Positions 23,706 through 35,423 of a stretch of DNA of 64,000 nt are shown piece by piece. The stretch is from Batkoa obscura (Eukaryota). Numbering within the stretch: the stretch's first letter is position 1; each line of letters opens with the position of its first letter. The stretch lies in the NCBI GenBank assembly GCA_030770535.1, contig JASVEC010000013.1, positions 124,001-188,000 on the forward strand, given 5' to 3'. The position numbers and the translations under genes are program-made. The notes under the pieces are model-generated. The model made no database searches. It was not told where the DNA came from and was given only the letters and a program-made list of their open reading frames with translations.

Positions 23706-23880
23706 TATGAGGGTGTTTTTTTACCAGTTGCCCTTTTTTGCTATTTTTTAAGTTAAAAATTAATTGCTCGATTAAAATACTTAAATTTGAACTAAAAGGG
23801 ACTTATGGAGGATTTTTAGTCACTGCACGTTTTCATTTTTTTAAAATAGCAAAGGGCAATTGATAAAAAACATTCCCATA
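23706..23880. mobile_element. MITE family B (~175 bp, ~45-bp TIRs)
   Basis: TATGAGGGTGTTTTTTTACCAGTTGCCCTTTTTTGCTATTTT versus right-end reverse complement TATGGGAATGTTTTTTATCAATTGCCCTTTGCTATTTT; TA flanks. Confidence 0.85.
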
Positions 23881-24882
23881 TAGAATATCTTTCTGTGACT
23901 ATTTTTTATTTTTGAGCTTAGGATTTGAGCAAATCATCAGACTATTAAATTGAAACGCGTCCATTTATCATCATTTTTCTTTCAAAAGGTTTATGTCCCA
24001 AGTGCTTGATTAGCTACGATAAAAGTCAAGCACTTAGGGCAGTCAACTTGTGAGAGAAGTGGGATTGAAATTTGTATCTATTTGTTATTAATTTGAATGA
24101 TTTTTTTAACAATAGCTAAAATAAATTCCAAACTTATTAAAAAGCTGTTTTTGTATCATAAATTTTGACAACTATGATTTTTTTCTATGCTATAGAATAA
24201 TAGAAAACGTTAGTTGCTTACAAGTAATATTTTTAGAGAATGCCATCTACGTTGTCACTGATATTTAAATAAGAACTAGTTGAGAGAAAGGAGATAAGAT
24301 AAGCAAGATTAGCTTGAAATCCTTTTTTTTAATCATTAGTCGATGAGAATTAACTTATTCGGGCGATAAGTATTTATATACTTATTTCAGAACCTGGATT
24401 ATATAACCATTTTGACTCTAAATTGCATATTTATTATAGTAATATAGAGCAGATATACTTAATATAAAAGATGGAACACTGAATTATTTCAACATATCTC
24501 TAGTTTACTTGGGGTTAACGGAATGGAAATAAATTTTCCTGATTAAATCTCAACTTATAAGAATAATAATGACCAAAAAGTATTAAAAGTAGGAATTATC
24601 CAGAGGCAGGAATTGTATAACTTCGTTAAAAAGATGATAGAGTAAAACTGTCCTAGATCCTTATAGTTTTTATTTAGCTTATAATTCTATTACATTTTGG
24701 AATCTTAAAGCTTAATCTACCCAAGTAAGACACTAAGCTACTTTATATCTTTATTGATAGTAGTATTTCTCGATTTCTAAAATATTGAGTATCAACGCAA
24801 TTTCATTAATTTTTAATTGGCTACACTCAAATGTTTACATCTAGTTCCAGATAAAAATAAAAATTCTAAATTGAAATCGATA

Positions 24883-25428
24883 ATGAGTGATAAAAAATAC
24901 CATCCCGAAATCGAATTCATAAATCCAAAGCAATTAGCTGAGGATATCTTAAACGACAAATTGCGCGTAAAGTAAGGATAGTAATAAAAATTATTTAAAT
25001 CAATCGACTAACTTTATTATAGTGAGGAGATAGCCATAATTGATGTAAGAGATAATGACTTTGTGGTAAGGATTAGTATAAGATAGAGCTTAACAAAACT
25101 AAGTATTTAACTATAGGGAGGGAACGTTACTGGAGCTATCAATTCACCAAGTAAGAAATATGAAGATGAGAAGCAAGAATTATATAACAGAGTCAAGGAT
25201 AAAAAAAGAGTGATATTTTACTGTGGTTCTTCTACTGGAAGAGGGCCTAGAATCGCAGGTTTTTATAAAGACTTTCTAAATCAAAGACAAAAAGAGGATA
25301 ACTTTGATGGAAATAAAGATCAAAAAGTGGAGGTATTAACTTATGGTTTTAAGGCCTGGTACCCACTTTATAAAGATGAAACTAAGCTGGTTGAAAATTT
25401 CGACCCTTTAATTTGGGATAAAAATTAA
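24883..25428 (+). CDS. Cdc25-like rhodanese phosphatase/arsenate reductase, second paralogue, multi-exon
   Basis: MSDKKYHPEIEFINPKQLA..., IIDVRDNDFV/GGNVTGAINSPS, VIFYCGSSTGRGPR, LTYGFKAWYPLY. Confidence 0.85.
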
Positions 25429-25481
25429 TAAACTTAGGAAAATTTTATAATTTATTTTTATTTTTATTTTTATTTTTATTA

Positions 25482-26355
25482 TCAAAATTCCCAATAATAA
25501 AAGTTACCACAACTAGAACTTTTTATATTAGTTGAGATCATTGTACTTTTATCTAGCATATACTCATTTGATGGTAAGTTAAGTTTTGAATTTTGCTTGA
25601 CTAAAGTTCTAAAATCAGTGGTATACAAAGGTGAATGGACACACATGGTATGATACTCACCAAACTCTCCCAACAAATTAAGACTAGAATCACCCTCTTT
25701 TAGCAACTCATAACTTAGTAATTTACCAACCCATTTTTCCCCATCCTTTATTTTAGCTCTATTAATACAAGTTATATATACTTGAAATCCAGCCTCAAAT
25801 AATTCATTTAGTATAACCTCACTATCTAAGCCCCATAAAGGCCGTAGGAGCTCTGTTCCTGTTCCATCAACTGCTCGCTCCATAAAGTCACTGCATACTG
25901 GCAATACGTCCCCTAAAATAAAAGTGGGTAGATTATTATTATTATATTGGTTATATTATAATTTACCAGTAACCAAATATTTAATATCATATTCTTTATT
26001 CAACTCTTTTATTTCATGTTGATATGACTCCAAATAACTTGGGGTTTCATTGATTTGGACGACCTTATGTGGAATACTTAAGGCTTTTGCTTGTAATTGG
26101 ATTAGATCTAAATTGTGTGCCAGAAAGGGCGACTTTTGGGCTATTAAATGGTTTGTTTTCAGAATTTACTACCATAACTTTTGGTCTATTTACCTGGAAT
26201 GAAGGTAACTAAAACTACTACATCATACCGTGGATCTTAAATAGAGTTATTGGAGTTTGATGCAAGGCTGATGATACTTTACCTTGCTTTATTTTAAATA
26301 GCACTAGATTGCTATCTTTACCCCCGGAGTAGGATACGGCTACTTTAGTTAACAT
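25482..26355 (-). CDS. PP-loop ATP pyrophosphatase, diphthine-ammonia ligase (DPH6/DUF71)-like, multi-exon
   Basis: MLTKVAVSYSGGKDS, LQAKALSIPH, LVTGD, LLRPLWG, LLGEFGEYHTMC. Confidence 0.85.
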
Positions 26356-26430
26356 TATTTATAAGAAATGCTTTTACTATATGCCTTGTTTAAATCGGCT
26401 TTTTTAGTTTTTAACAATAGAATCGAGCAG

Positions 26431-26714
26431 CCAATAGCATTCATTAGAAAATAAAAGATAGCGATAGCAATCAATGAATTATAAAATGATAGTAAATGGT
26501 ATAGTATAGTGAAACAACAAAGTTTTTGAAGCTGTTTTATTTTTATAAAGATTAGGATGGATTTAAATAAAGAATAGAGATAAATAATTCTTATATAAAT
26601 AGAAGCCCATTTTCACATCTGAAATTTCGACCCCAAAATAATGATTATTTTAATAAAAATGAGTCAACTTCCGAAGCGAACCAATAGCCAAAATGGGGAC
26701 ATATTATGGCCAAT
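26431..26714 (+). promoter_or_regulatory. CCAAT boxes and a TGAGTCA site in the divergent promoter upstream of GGC1
   Basis: CCAAT at 26431, 26681 and 26710; TGAGTCA at 26660-26666. Confidence 0.4.
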
Positions 26715-26844
26715 AAAACTCATCAAACCCCATTAAAAATGCATCCTCTATCAAAAAGGATTAAGAATAAAAATTGAATCCCTTAAAAACTCAAACTCAA
26801 AAATCAACTTTAATTTTTTTCAAAAAAATTAAGATAAAATTAAA

Positions 26845-27960
26845 ATGGGCGGCTTAGAAGCAAGCAGTAAAAAATCAGAATCTGGTTTAGCAAGATTTTG
26901 CGGTTCAGCAAGTTCAGGTCTTTTAGAGTTATTGGGGTTCCATCCAGTAGATACCGTTGCTAAACGTTTGATGTCAAATCAAAGCCCTGTAAGTGAAATA
27001 AATCAAAATAATTCAATACTTGGGCTCATAATTTTTTATATTAGATCTTTGTTAAAGGAGCACCATTATCAGAAGGTATGGCCAGTTTAAACAAAATTGT
27101 TTTTAAGGTAAGATTAATCATTTTAATAAATAAGAACATTAAATTAAACCAACATAGAACGCTACTGAGCAATCCTTCATAAAAAAGTATACCAGTTTAT
27201 TCCCAGGTTTAGGGTTTGCTGCCGGATATAAAATCACCCAAAGAGTATATAAATACGGAGGTCAACCCTACGTTAAAGATTACTTAAACACCAACCACCG
27301 TTCTTTTTTCACTAACTTCTTTGGTGAAAAGACCGGTAAAACAGTGATGCACGCTACTGCTGGTTCCATTGTTGGTATTGGTGAAGTAGCTTTACTTCCA
27401 TTAGATGTACTTAAGATCAAGTCTCAAACCAACCCAGAAACCCTCAAGGGTAGAGGCATCTTTGCCTTGATTAAGGATGAAGGCCTTGGGTTATATCGGT
27501 AATTTAAAAAATGATTGAATTTACTTTGTTTTAATAATTTTTTAGTGGTGGTATGTGGACCGCAGCCCGTAATGCCCCAGGATCTTTTGCCTTATTTGGA
27601 GGAGCAGCTATTGTAAAAGAATATTTCTTTGGATTAAAGGATTATAATCAAGCTACCTTTTTCCAAAACTTCTGCTCATCTATTGGAGGTGCTATAGCTT
27701 CTATTACAGTCGCTGCCCCATTAGACGTAGTCAAAACCCGTATTCAAAATAGACCTTTTGATGCTCCAGAATCTGGAATGAATATTATTAAAGATATGAT
27801 TAAAAAAGAAGGTATGCGAGCTTTCTTTAAGGGATTAACACCAAAGATATTAGTAGTTGGTCCTAAGCTTATCTTCTCATTCACTGTTGCCCAACAATTG
27901 ATTCCTATATTCCATGAAACCTTTGAAAAAGCTGGAATTACCCATACAAGCCAAGCTTAA
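26845..27960 (+). CDS. GGC1: Mitochondrial GTP/GDP carrier, multi-exon
   Basis: SGLARFCGSASSGLLELLGFHPVDTVAKRLMSN, YKITQRVYKYGGQP, WTAARNAPGSFALFGG, GLTPKILVVGPKLIFSF. Confidence 0.95.
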
Positions 27961-28145
27961 AAAAATAATGACATAACCTTAGTTATACATTTGTGCCACC
28001 CTTTTGATTTTATTTTTCATACAATAAATAAAATTTAATTAGACATAAGTTTGCTATTACTTTTTGTTGTGATTTATTTTTTATTACAATTTAAATTAAT
28101 TTTTTATAAATTATAAATTTAACTTTTTAAATTTATTGAGCTAAG

Positions 28146-31100
28146 ATGGGATTTAAAAATAAAAACAAAGGGAAAGCAAAGAAAAATAATAACAAAAATA
28201 AAAGTAAACAAACAAAACCAAAGAAAGAAGATGGTGATATAAATGAGCCATCTTCAAATACATTACTAACCAGTGGAGATCAAACTGATTTAAATCAAGA
28301 TAAAAATAGTGAATCTGCTAGTGATAACTCTACCCCAAATAATGACTCAAGTTCTGAGAGCAAAGATGAATTAAACCAGGATCAAATTGGCAAGCCTGAT
28401 GATACAAAGGATGAATCTAATGACGAAACTAAAGAATTGAATCTAGAGGAAAAAAAGGACTCCATTAGTGAAAATTTACCTCTAATTAGAGAATCAAAAG
28501 ATGAACTAATTCAAGATCAATCCAGTGAATCTGGTAATGAGGTTGAGGGATCTAATAAAAATATCAAAGATAAATCAAATCAAGATGAAACTGTTAAATC
28601 TGGAAATGAGATCACAACATCGGATGAGCAACTTAAATCAAGGCAAGAGAAAGCTAAAGATTCCAACATTGAGAGTAAAGAGCAAATAGTACAAAAGGAA
28701 CCTAATAAATCCAATAATGAAAGTGAAAAGCCAAGTCAGGCCGAAACTGAAGAGAAGCTTACATATTCAATTATGGAAAATAAGCAAACATTATTAGATA
28801 ATACTATGAATTCAAACAACGAAAATAGAGGTAAATTGATAAAAGATGCGCTTAACGAATCTATTAATAATGGAAATGAAATGGAGAAAGTTCAAGTTGT
28901 TAATCCTAGTAGTAAAATTAAGAATGAGCTTGATGAAACTATTTCTGAAAACAAAGAACCTGCTCAAGATAAAATTAAGGATTCCAAGAATGAAGATCCA
29001 ACAATAAATGAAGCTACCGATAAAAACAAGAGCAATAATATTCAAAATGATAATAAAATGGGTTCAAATGAAACAAAGACTTATGCAGATATAGCAAAAG
29101 AAAGCGAACAAGTAATTAAAAACGAAGATTCTGAAGAATTCGAGTTTATTGAGCATGTTTTACCTTCACCTTCTAATGGAGAAATAGATGAAAACAAAGA
29201 AACAAGTAAAGATACTCAAGTTTTAGAAGCCAAATCAGAGCCTGAAACATCGGATGATAATGATAAAGCTAAAGATAAAGGGTCGAATGATACTACTGTT
29301 AAACTAGAGCTTGGGGTGCTGGATGATGTTGACGAATCTAAAACCAAAGCATTGAATAATAATAATGTTGAATCTAAGGCCGATGAAAAAAATGAAAAAA
29401 TCATTGAGTTTAAAGATAAAGAACCAACAAATGCAGTTACCAAAGCTGAAGATGAAGAGTCAAGCACTAATATACCGTCAAGTGAAAATGAAGATCAAAA
29501 TTCAGATTCAACACAAAATACCAAAGAAAACCCACTAGCTAAAGATATTAAAACTAAAGGCAAAAATAGTACAAACAATGAAGAGGTATCGAGCACTAGT
29601 GATGGACCAAAAATCACCAAAAGCAAAGATTCAAGTGAAAATATAGAAGGAAATGATTTAATCAAGGACGCTACTTCAGAAGATAAAGATGCTGAAGTAG
29701 GATCATCGCCAATTAATGAAAATATCTCACAGACTGCTGAAAAAGAAGACTCACAAAAAAATATTGATGAAGAATCGCCAACTAAAGACACCGCCATAGA
29801 AGACAAAGATGACTCGAAAGCTGAAATAAATCTAAGTGATGTTGATGTCCCAAAAGCCACTCATAAGGGAAATTCGCAACAAATTACAAACGAAGAAGAG
29901 TTAGCTAAAGACACCGACGTCAAAGGTAAAACGGTTTCTGAATATAATGATATCTCACAGGCTACTAAGAAAGAAGACACAATACAAAATATTGAAGGAA
30001 ATTCACCAGTTAAGGACGTAATTGTAAAAGGTGACAGTGATATAAAGGCTTATGTAGCGTCAAGTGGTGGTAATGTCCCACAAGCCACTGACAATGAAGA
30101 TTCAAAACAAAGTACAGATGAAAGTTCACCTCCTAAAGAAAATACTATAGAAAGCAAGGATGACACAAAAAATGAAACAGCAGTAAATAACAATAAGTTT
30201 CCAGAATTTAGTGGAAAAGAAAATCCAAAACAAACAGCAGAAGAAAAATTATCAAATAAAGATGCTAGCCCAGAAAGGAAAAATGATGACAAAGCCGAAT
30301 CAGCATCGAGTAATGATAAATCCCCACAAGATACTGAAAATACAGATTCAGAACCAAGTAGAATAGAAAAACCATCAGCTAACGATACTAATGTAGAAGA
30401 CAATACTGATAAAGATAAAACAACGTTGGATAATGATAATTCCTCACTAAGTAGCAAACTAGAAAAAGACACCAAAGATGAGAAATTGACTGAAAACAAA
30501 GAAGGTGGTAATAACGGAGATAAAAATTCAGTAGATGTTTTATCTAAAAATGACTCAAAGCCTGTAAGTGAAACTGCAACTGATGAGCCCAAAGACAATG
30601 ATTTGAAAGTAAGCAAGGAAGTAAAAGATTTAGACTTGAAATCAGCTGAATCAGAAAAAGAATCCGATAATAAGGGTGATGGCTCAGATAATAAAGTTAG
30701 CAATTTGGATAGAAAAAATGATGAAGGGGCAATTCCCACATCAGAGCTTAAAGATCAGGTGGAAGATAAAGCTAACTTAGTTAATGAGCCAACTAAAACT
30801 AAAAGCCTTGAAAAAGATGAAGTAAATAAAGGACTTGAACCAACTAAACATCAAGGCCATGTCAATACCCAATCAGACGAGAATAAAGGATCGGATTCAG
30901 AACTAAAACCATTGAAATCGGACTTAAAAGAGGATAATGACAAAGTTGGATTAGTTGATGAATTACCATCAGACAGTAAGGGCTTAAAAGAAGCTAATAC
31001 TGAATCGAGCGTAAAAAAAGATGACGAAGAACCTTCAGCATCGAAATCTGACCTAGATAAGAGTAGCCTTAAAGATAATTCTGATGATAACAAACCAATT

Positions 31101-32792
31101 GAGACGTTTAGTGAGTCTAAAAATAAAACAAAGGAAAGTGGAGAAGATGGAAGCACCAAAAGATTAGAAAAAGGTGAAAGTAAGCCTGAACCTATTTTAT
31201 TAAACGAAGATGACACAAAGTCTGATGAACTAATTAATGAGCTAAGTATCAATGATACTAAGAAAAATGCCCCCATAAATAAAGTAGATGATAAGAAGAC
31301 AGATACGGATAGCTCAGAATTGAAAGTAGAAAATGAAGTTAAATCAATTGATGAGTTACAAGGTCAAAATAAAATAAAAAAAGAGTTAAGTTCCGTCGAT
31401 CCAAATGAAAAGACAGCTACTAGAAAGAACACTGATCAAAATAAAGCAACTGAAACTAAGGATGATAATGAATCTAAAGAAGTTGACCAAGACAATAGTA
31501 TTAGGTATGACGAAAAGGAAGAAAAGGATTTAACAGCTAAAAATGAACAATATAGTTTCAAAGCCTTAAACGAAGATAATCCATTATCAACCGAAATAAA
31601 TCAAAAATTAAGCTCAACCAGCAATGATCTAAAACAAGATGCCCCTAAAGTTATAGAACAAACTGATAAAATAAAATATGAAAATGATGATAAAGAAGGA
31701 TCTATTACGCCAACTGAAGCTACTAGTAAAATAAACCAAGGAGAAGCTATCAATAAAGAAAAGGGTAACAACGAAACTGATAATACAAAGGAGCGTAACA
31801 ATAACCAAAATGATATTGAATCAATAAAGAGTAAACTTGAAGATTTAAAACAAACAAAAAGTATATTGGAAAATTATGTTGATAAAAATGATGATGACGA
31901 AGATAAGGATAATGATTTTGAAAAGATAGAAGCTAAAGATTATAAAAGTAGCAATGAATGCTTAGATCAAGAGATACCAGTAAAGACGAAACAAAGCGAT
32001 ATAATTAGAGAACTTGGATCATCACCAAATAATACAAAATCCAATGTTGGTGATACTGCTAAAGAATTAGAAGATAGCAAGTCCAAAAACCAAGAGCCAG
32101 ATGTATCAAAAGCATCTAAAATAAAAGATATTGAAGATAAAGTAGAAGAAAAATCAGAGTCGAACTCACCTCTACAAATTATTACTTTAGATGATATTAA
32201 GGAAGATGATAAGGATAAATTAAATAATTCAAAAAATAAGCAAGATGAACAAAAGGATTCTTTAACTACTAATACAAGTGGAATATCATCTGAAGATACA
32301 AAAGTTAAAGCTCAAGCTAATTTAAATACTAAAAAGTCAGCTAAAGACGAAAATGAAGCTAAACCAGCTCAAGATGAAAACGAAGATTCACTAAATAAAG
32401 AATTAGGTATAAAAGAAGATATTGAACTTATTGTGCTCCCTCAAGGCGGCGTCAATAAAGAAGAGGCTGCCGTTGGAGAGAATGGGTGTACAGACTCACT
32501 TGATGAGGTCATTGAAGCTGAGTTAGAGGCTGAAGAAGAAGAGTATGAAATCATTGAACCTATTGAACTCACTGAGGAAGAGAATTTAGTTTTAATTGAA
32601 AAGATACAATTGCTTCTTACGGATGAGATGGAACAATTGTATGAAACAGCGTATCAAGAGGTTGTGGTTGAGGTTGAGGATAGCTTAAAAGATCAATTGA
32701 AACAAAATGTGGAAAAGATTAAACGGGAAGCTTTTAATGAAGAATATCAGAGATTGGTAAAGAGTAGAGATGAAGATATTACGCTTTGTTAG
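28146..32792 (+). CDS. Large intronless acidic, likely disordered protein (1548 aa) with internal repeats and C-terminal helical domain
   Basis: 4.6-kb open frame rich in D/E/K/N/S; basic N-terminus; helical last ~80 aa. Confidence 0.85.
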   Translation: MGFKNKNKGKAKKNNNKNKSKQTKPKKEDGDINEPSSNTLLTSGDQTDLNQDKNSESASDNSTPNNDSSSESKDELNQDQIGKPDDTKDESNDETKELNLEEKKDSISENLPLIRESKDELIQDQSSESGNEVEGSNKNIKDKSNQDETVKSGNEITTSDEQLKSRQEKAKDSNIESKEQIVQKEPNKSNNESEKPSQAETEEKLTYSIMENKQTLLDNTMNSNNENRGKLIKDALNESINNGNEMEKVQVVNPSSKIKNELDETISENKEPAQDKIKDSKNEDPTINEATDKNKSNNIQNDNKMGSNETKTYADIAKESEQVIKNEDSEEFEFIEHVLPSPSNGEIDENKETSKDTQVLEAKSEPETSDDNDKAKDKGSNDTTVKLELGVLDDVDESKTKALNNNNVESKADEKNEKIIEFKDKEPTNAVTKAEDEESSTNIPSSENEDQNSDSTQNTKENPLAKDIKTKGKNSTNNEEVSSTSDGPKITKSKDSSENIEGNDLIKDATSEDKDAEVGSSPINENISQTAEKEDSQKNIDEESPTKDTAIEDKDDSKAEINLSDVDVPKATHKGNSQQITNEEELAKDTDVKGKTVSEYNDISQATKKEDTIQNIEGNSPVKDVIVKGDSDIKAYVASSGGNVPQATDNEDSKQSTDESSPPKENTIESKDDTKNETAVNNNKFPEFSGKENPKQTAEEKLSNKDASPERKNDDKAESASSNDKSPQDTENTDSEPSRIEKPSANDTNVEDNTDKDKTTLDNDNSSLSSKLEKDTKDEKLTENKEGGNNGDKNSVDVLSKNDSKPVSETATDEPKDNDLKVSKEVKDLDLKSAESEKESDNKGDGSDNKVSNLDRKNDEGAIPTSELKDQVEDKANLVNEPTKTKSLEKDEVNKGLEPTKHQGHVNTQSDENKGSDSELKPLKSDLKEDNDKVGLVDELPSDSKGLKEANTESSVKKDDEEPSASKSDLDKSSLKDNSDDNKPIETFSESKNKTKESGEDGSTKRLEKGESKPEPILLNEDDTKSDELINELSINDTKKNAPINKVDDKKTDTDSSELKVENEVKSIDELQGQNKIKKELSSVDPNEKTATRKNTDQNKATETKDDNESKEVDQDNSIRYDEKEEKDLTAKNEQYSFKALNEDNPLSTEINQKLSSTSNDLKQDAPKVIEQTDKIKYENDDKEGSITPTEATSKINQGEAINKEKGNNETDNTKERNNNQNDIESIKSKLEDLKQTKSILENYVDKNDDDEDKDNDFEKIEAKDYKSSNECLDQEIPVKTKQSDIIRELGSSPNNTKSNVGDTAKELEDSKSKNQEPDVSKASKIKDIEDKVEEKSESNSPLQIITLDDIKEDDKDKLNNSKNKQDEQKDSLTTNTSGISSEDTKVKAQANLNTKKSAKDENEAKPAQDENEDSLNKELGIKEDIELIVLPQGGVNKEEAAVGENGCTDSLDEVIEAELEAEEEEYEIIEPIELTEEENLVLIEKIQLLLTDEMEQLYETAYQEVVVEVEDSLKDQLKQNVEKIKREAFNEEYQRLVKSRDEDITLC

Positions 32793-33200
32793 AGTTATGT
32801 TCGCTAGGGATGGTGGTTACTATATAAGGCTGTTGCTTAGTTTAAATATTTTTAATATCTTGTTTAAATAAAAATTTATACTACTTTAAAGGATTTTTGT
32901 TTTTTAATTTTAACTACTGCTCTTTTTTGTTGAAGTTTAAAAGATGTTAAAACTATAAAAATGGATATAGATTCTAAATTTATCATAACAAAATTAACAA
33001 TTTAAAATAAAATAGAAATAATTCTTTTTTTATAGTTTAATATTAAAGTGCAAGACTACATGACTTGATCAAGGATAAAAAAGCCATACTTGTAGTATAC
33101 GGAATCTATAGTTGCTTAGCTGATAAAATAAGGACCTAGACGGAAATAAGAAGGTTTGAAAAATTTATGAAAAAATTACAAAGTTGAACTCGAATCCAGT

Positions 33201-34789
33201 TTACTCTGATTTATTCTTCTTGCTCTTCTTCTTCTTGTCCTTTTTACTCTTACCTTCGGTATCCTCTAATTCACGCTTATTGCTCTCTTCTTTCTTTTCT
33301 TTCTTTTCTTTTTTATCCTTCTTTTCCTTCTTTTCTTTCTTCTCTTCTACTGGAGCTTGAGCTTTTTCTTTACCATTTACTTCAGTATCTTCTTCAGGAC
33401 CTTCTTCATTCATCCACTCTTCAAGGGCTCCCTTCATTGTTTCGGTATTCTTCAATGGTGTGGCACCAGCTTCATAAAACTCCAATCTGTTTTCAACTTG
33501 TTTCTTAAGAGCCTCACCAAACTTACTGGTTGGTTTATCAATGAAACAATCAATACGGGAAGCCATTGAGCATTTATTGGCAAGGAAACGAGAAATTCTT
33601 CCCTTGTTTTTGGTACCAGCACGTCCAATGAAAGAAGAGTGATAGATAAGTCCATATTTTGGTGTGTTACCTTTGGTTTTTAAAGCACGGAAAAGAGCTT
33701 TTTCAGCACCAAGAATTTGTACGGTGGAAGCTGGGTATTTGGATAAATTGGTCAAGGAACCAGCATGGGAAATAAGACGTGCACCAACTACTTCACCAAT
33801 CAAAGCTGCAAGATTAGGAGCTACGTGGTTCATCTTACTGATAAGGTATTCATGAAGGTTTTTACGGTACTTAATGATATTGACTACTCGAACTGCGAAA
33901 CTTTCAATATTTGCAAGATCAAATTCACCAATATCAGTTCCCATAGAAGAGCGCGCAGCGTCAAGAATTTGACGAGAAACGCTCTCATCATCAGTAATTT
34001 CAGTTAAACCTTCTAAATCTTCTTCAGTAAGACGACCTTTGTTTTTAATGAATTTAGCTAATTGAGCATATTGTGAGTTATCTTTAACAATTTTACTCAA
34101 CTCAGGGAAATGCCAAGAGTACCATTCACGGATACGCATAGTAAAAGTGTTGACATCTTTATCTAATTGATCAAGAAGGGCAATAGATTGAATGATCATA
34201 TTGTCAGAACGATTGACATTGAACTTAACTTTAGCACGAGAGTAAGAGTGACCTAAACCAAGTTGAGCCTTTTCCATATCACTAGTCTTGAGTTGACTTA
34301 AAAGATGGTCAAGATGATAACGGACACCACGAACAATTTCAGCTACCATTTCATTGGATGCACACTCAACACCAACTGTGGCTTTGACTGAACCTGCTAA
34401 ATTTTTTTCACTTACACCAAGGGTTACTCCCTTCAACTTTTTTGGTAAATTTAATAATAAAAATTCTTTTAAAGTCTCGTTACAGATACCTAAGTTTTAA
34501 CTTAATAACTATTCATATAAATAAAAATATTCCTACCCTCGGAAACATCATTAGCGTTTTCTAAAGCTTCAACAGCGGTTTTGAATGGATTGAAAGACTT
34601 CAATTGAACAGATTTACCAAACTTGGTTAAGTCTAATACATCCTTTTGGATACCCTCCGTAGTCATTGCAATGTCTTCGGATTGCACACGTTGGAAAAGA
34701 GCATACCCTCCAGCGGTTTCGTATAAAATAAAATCAACCTTGGGAATTTAGATTTTATATAGGTTTAATAAGATAGTTTTAGTTACCAT
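33201..34789 (-). CDS. NOP56: Box C/D snoRNP core protein Nop56
   Basis: First coding exon is ATG only (34787-34789). [57 protein letters not shown] tail. Confidence 0.97.
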
Positions 34790-35423
34790 TTGTGTTAGTG
34801 TCTATTTTCTATAATTTTAAATTAGATTTTGGGGCTAATTTGACAGTAGTCGAATACTAGAAAAAATACAAGGAATTGGAATTTTTTATTTCCTTTTTCT
34901 GGAAAGTTAGGTTTGAGCTTAAATTATGGGATTTTATAGATTTAGACGAATTAAATTAGCTCTGGTTAATTTGCTGAGAAAATTAAATGGAATAAAATAT
35001 TTTTTGGATGATGTGGGTAAACAATTTTAAATTTCAACTAAATAGGCGATATATGATAATTGTCAATATTAAACAAAAACATTACTAAAGAATAGTCGAT
35101 AAAAATCACTGATGTTTAATCCATTTTAATAGAGATTCTAAGGCTTCTTACCATTGATGTTATGATTTAAACCTAATTTTTTATACACAACATCAATATT
35201 ATCCAGTAATAATATAATTTAAATGCAGCTTTTATAGGAATAGTATTTAATTTAGGCTACCTGAGGCCGGCAAAATTTTATCTTTATTTGATAATTTTTA
35301 TTAAATTTTACATCTGACCTTTATCTAAAATAAAGCTAAACATGTACTATTAAATATACTAGGAGAAGGTATCAAAAATAAACCTGGGCAACTTGACTCA
35401 AAAATCAGCCAAAGTAATTTAAA

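Noticed and set aside
28812..31801. Ser/Leu-rich minus-strand ORFs
   Set aside because: Antisense shadows of the 1548-aa gene; the same applies to 5362-5793, 33357-34007 and the alternative frames over eIF3a.
33050..33125. Possible box C/D snoRNA near NOP56 (also ~35005-35113)
   Set aside because: CTGA is present, but there is no canonical RTGATGA box C, terminal stem or recognisable rRNA guide.
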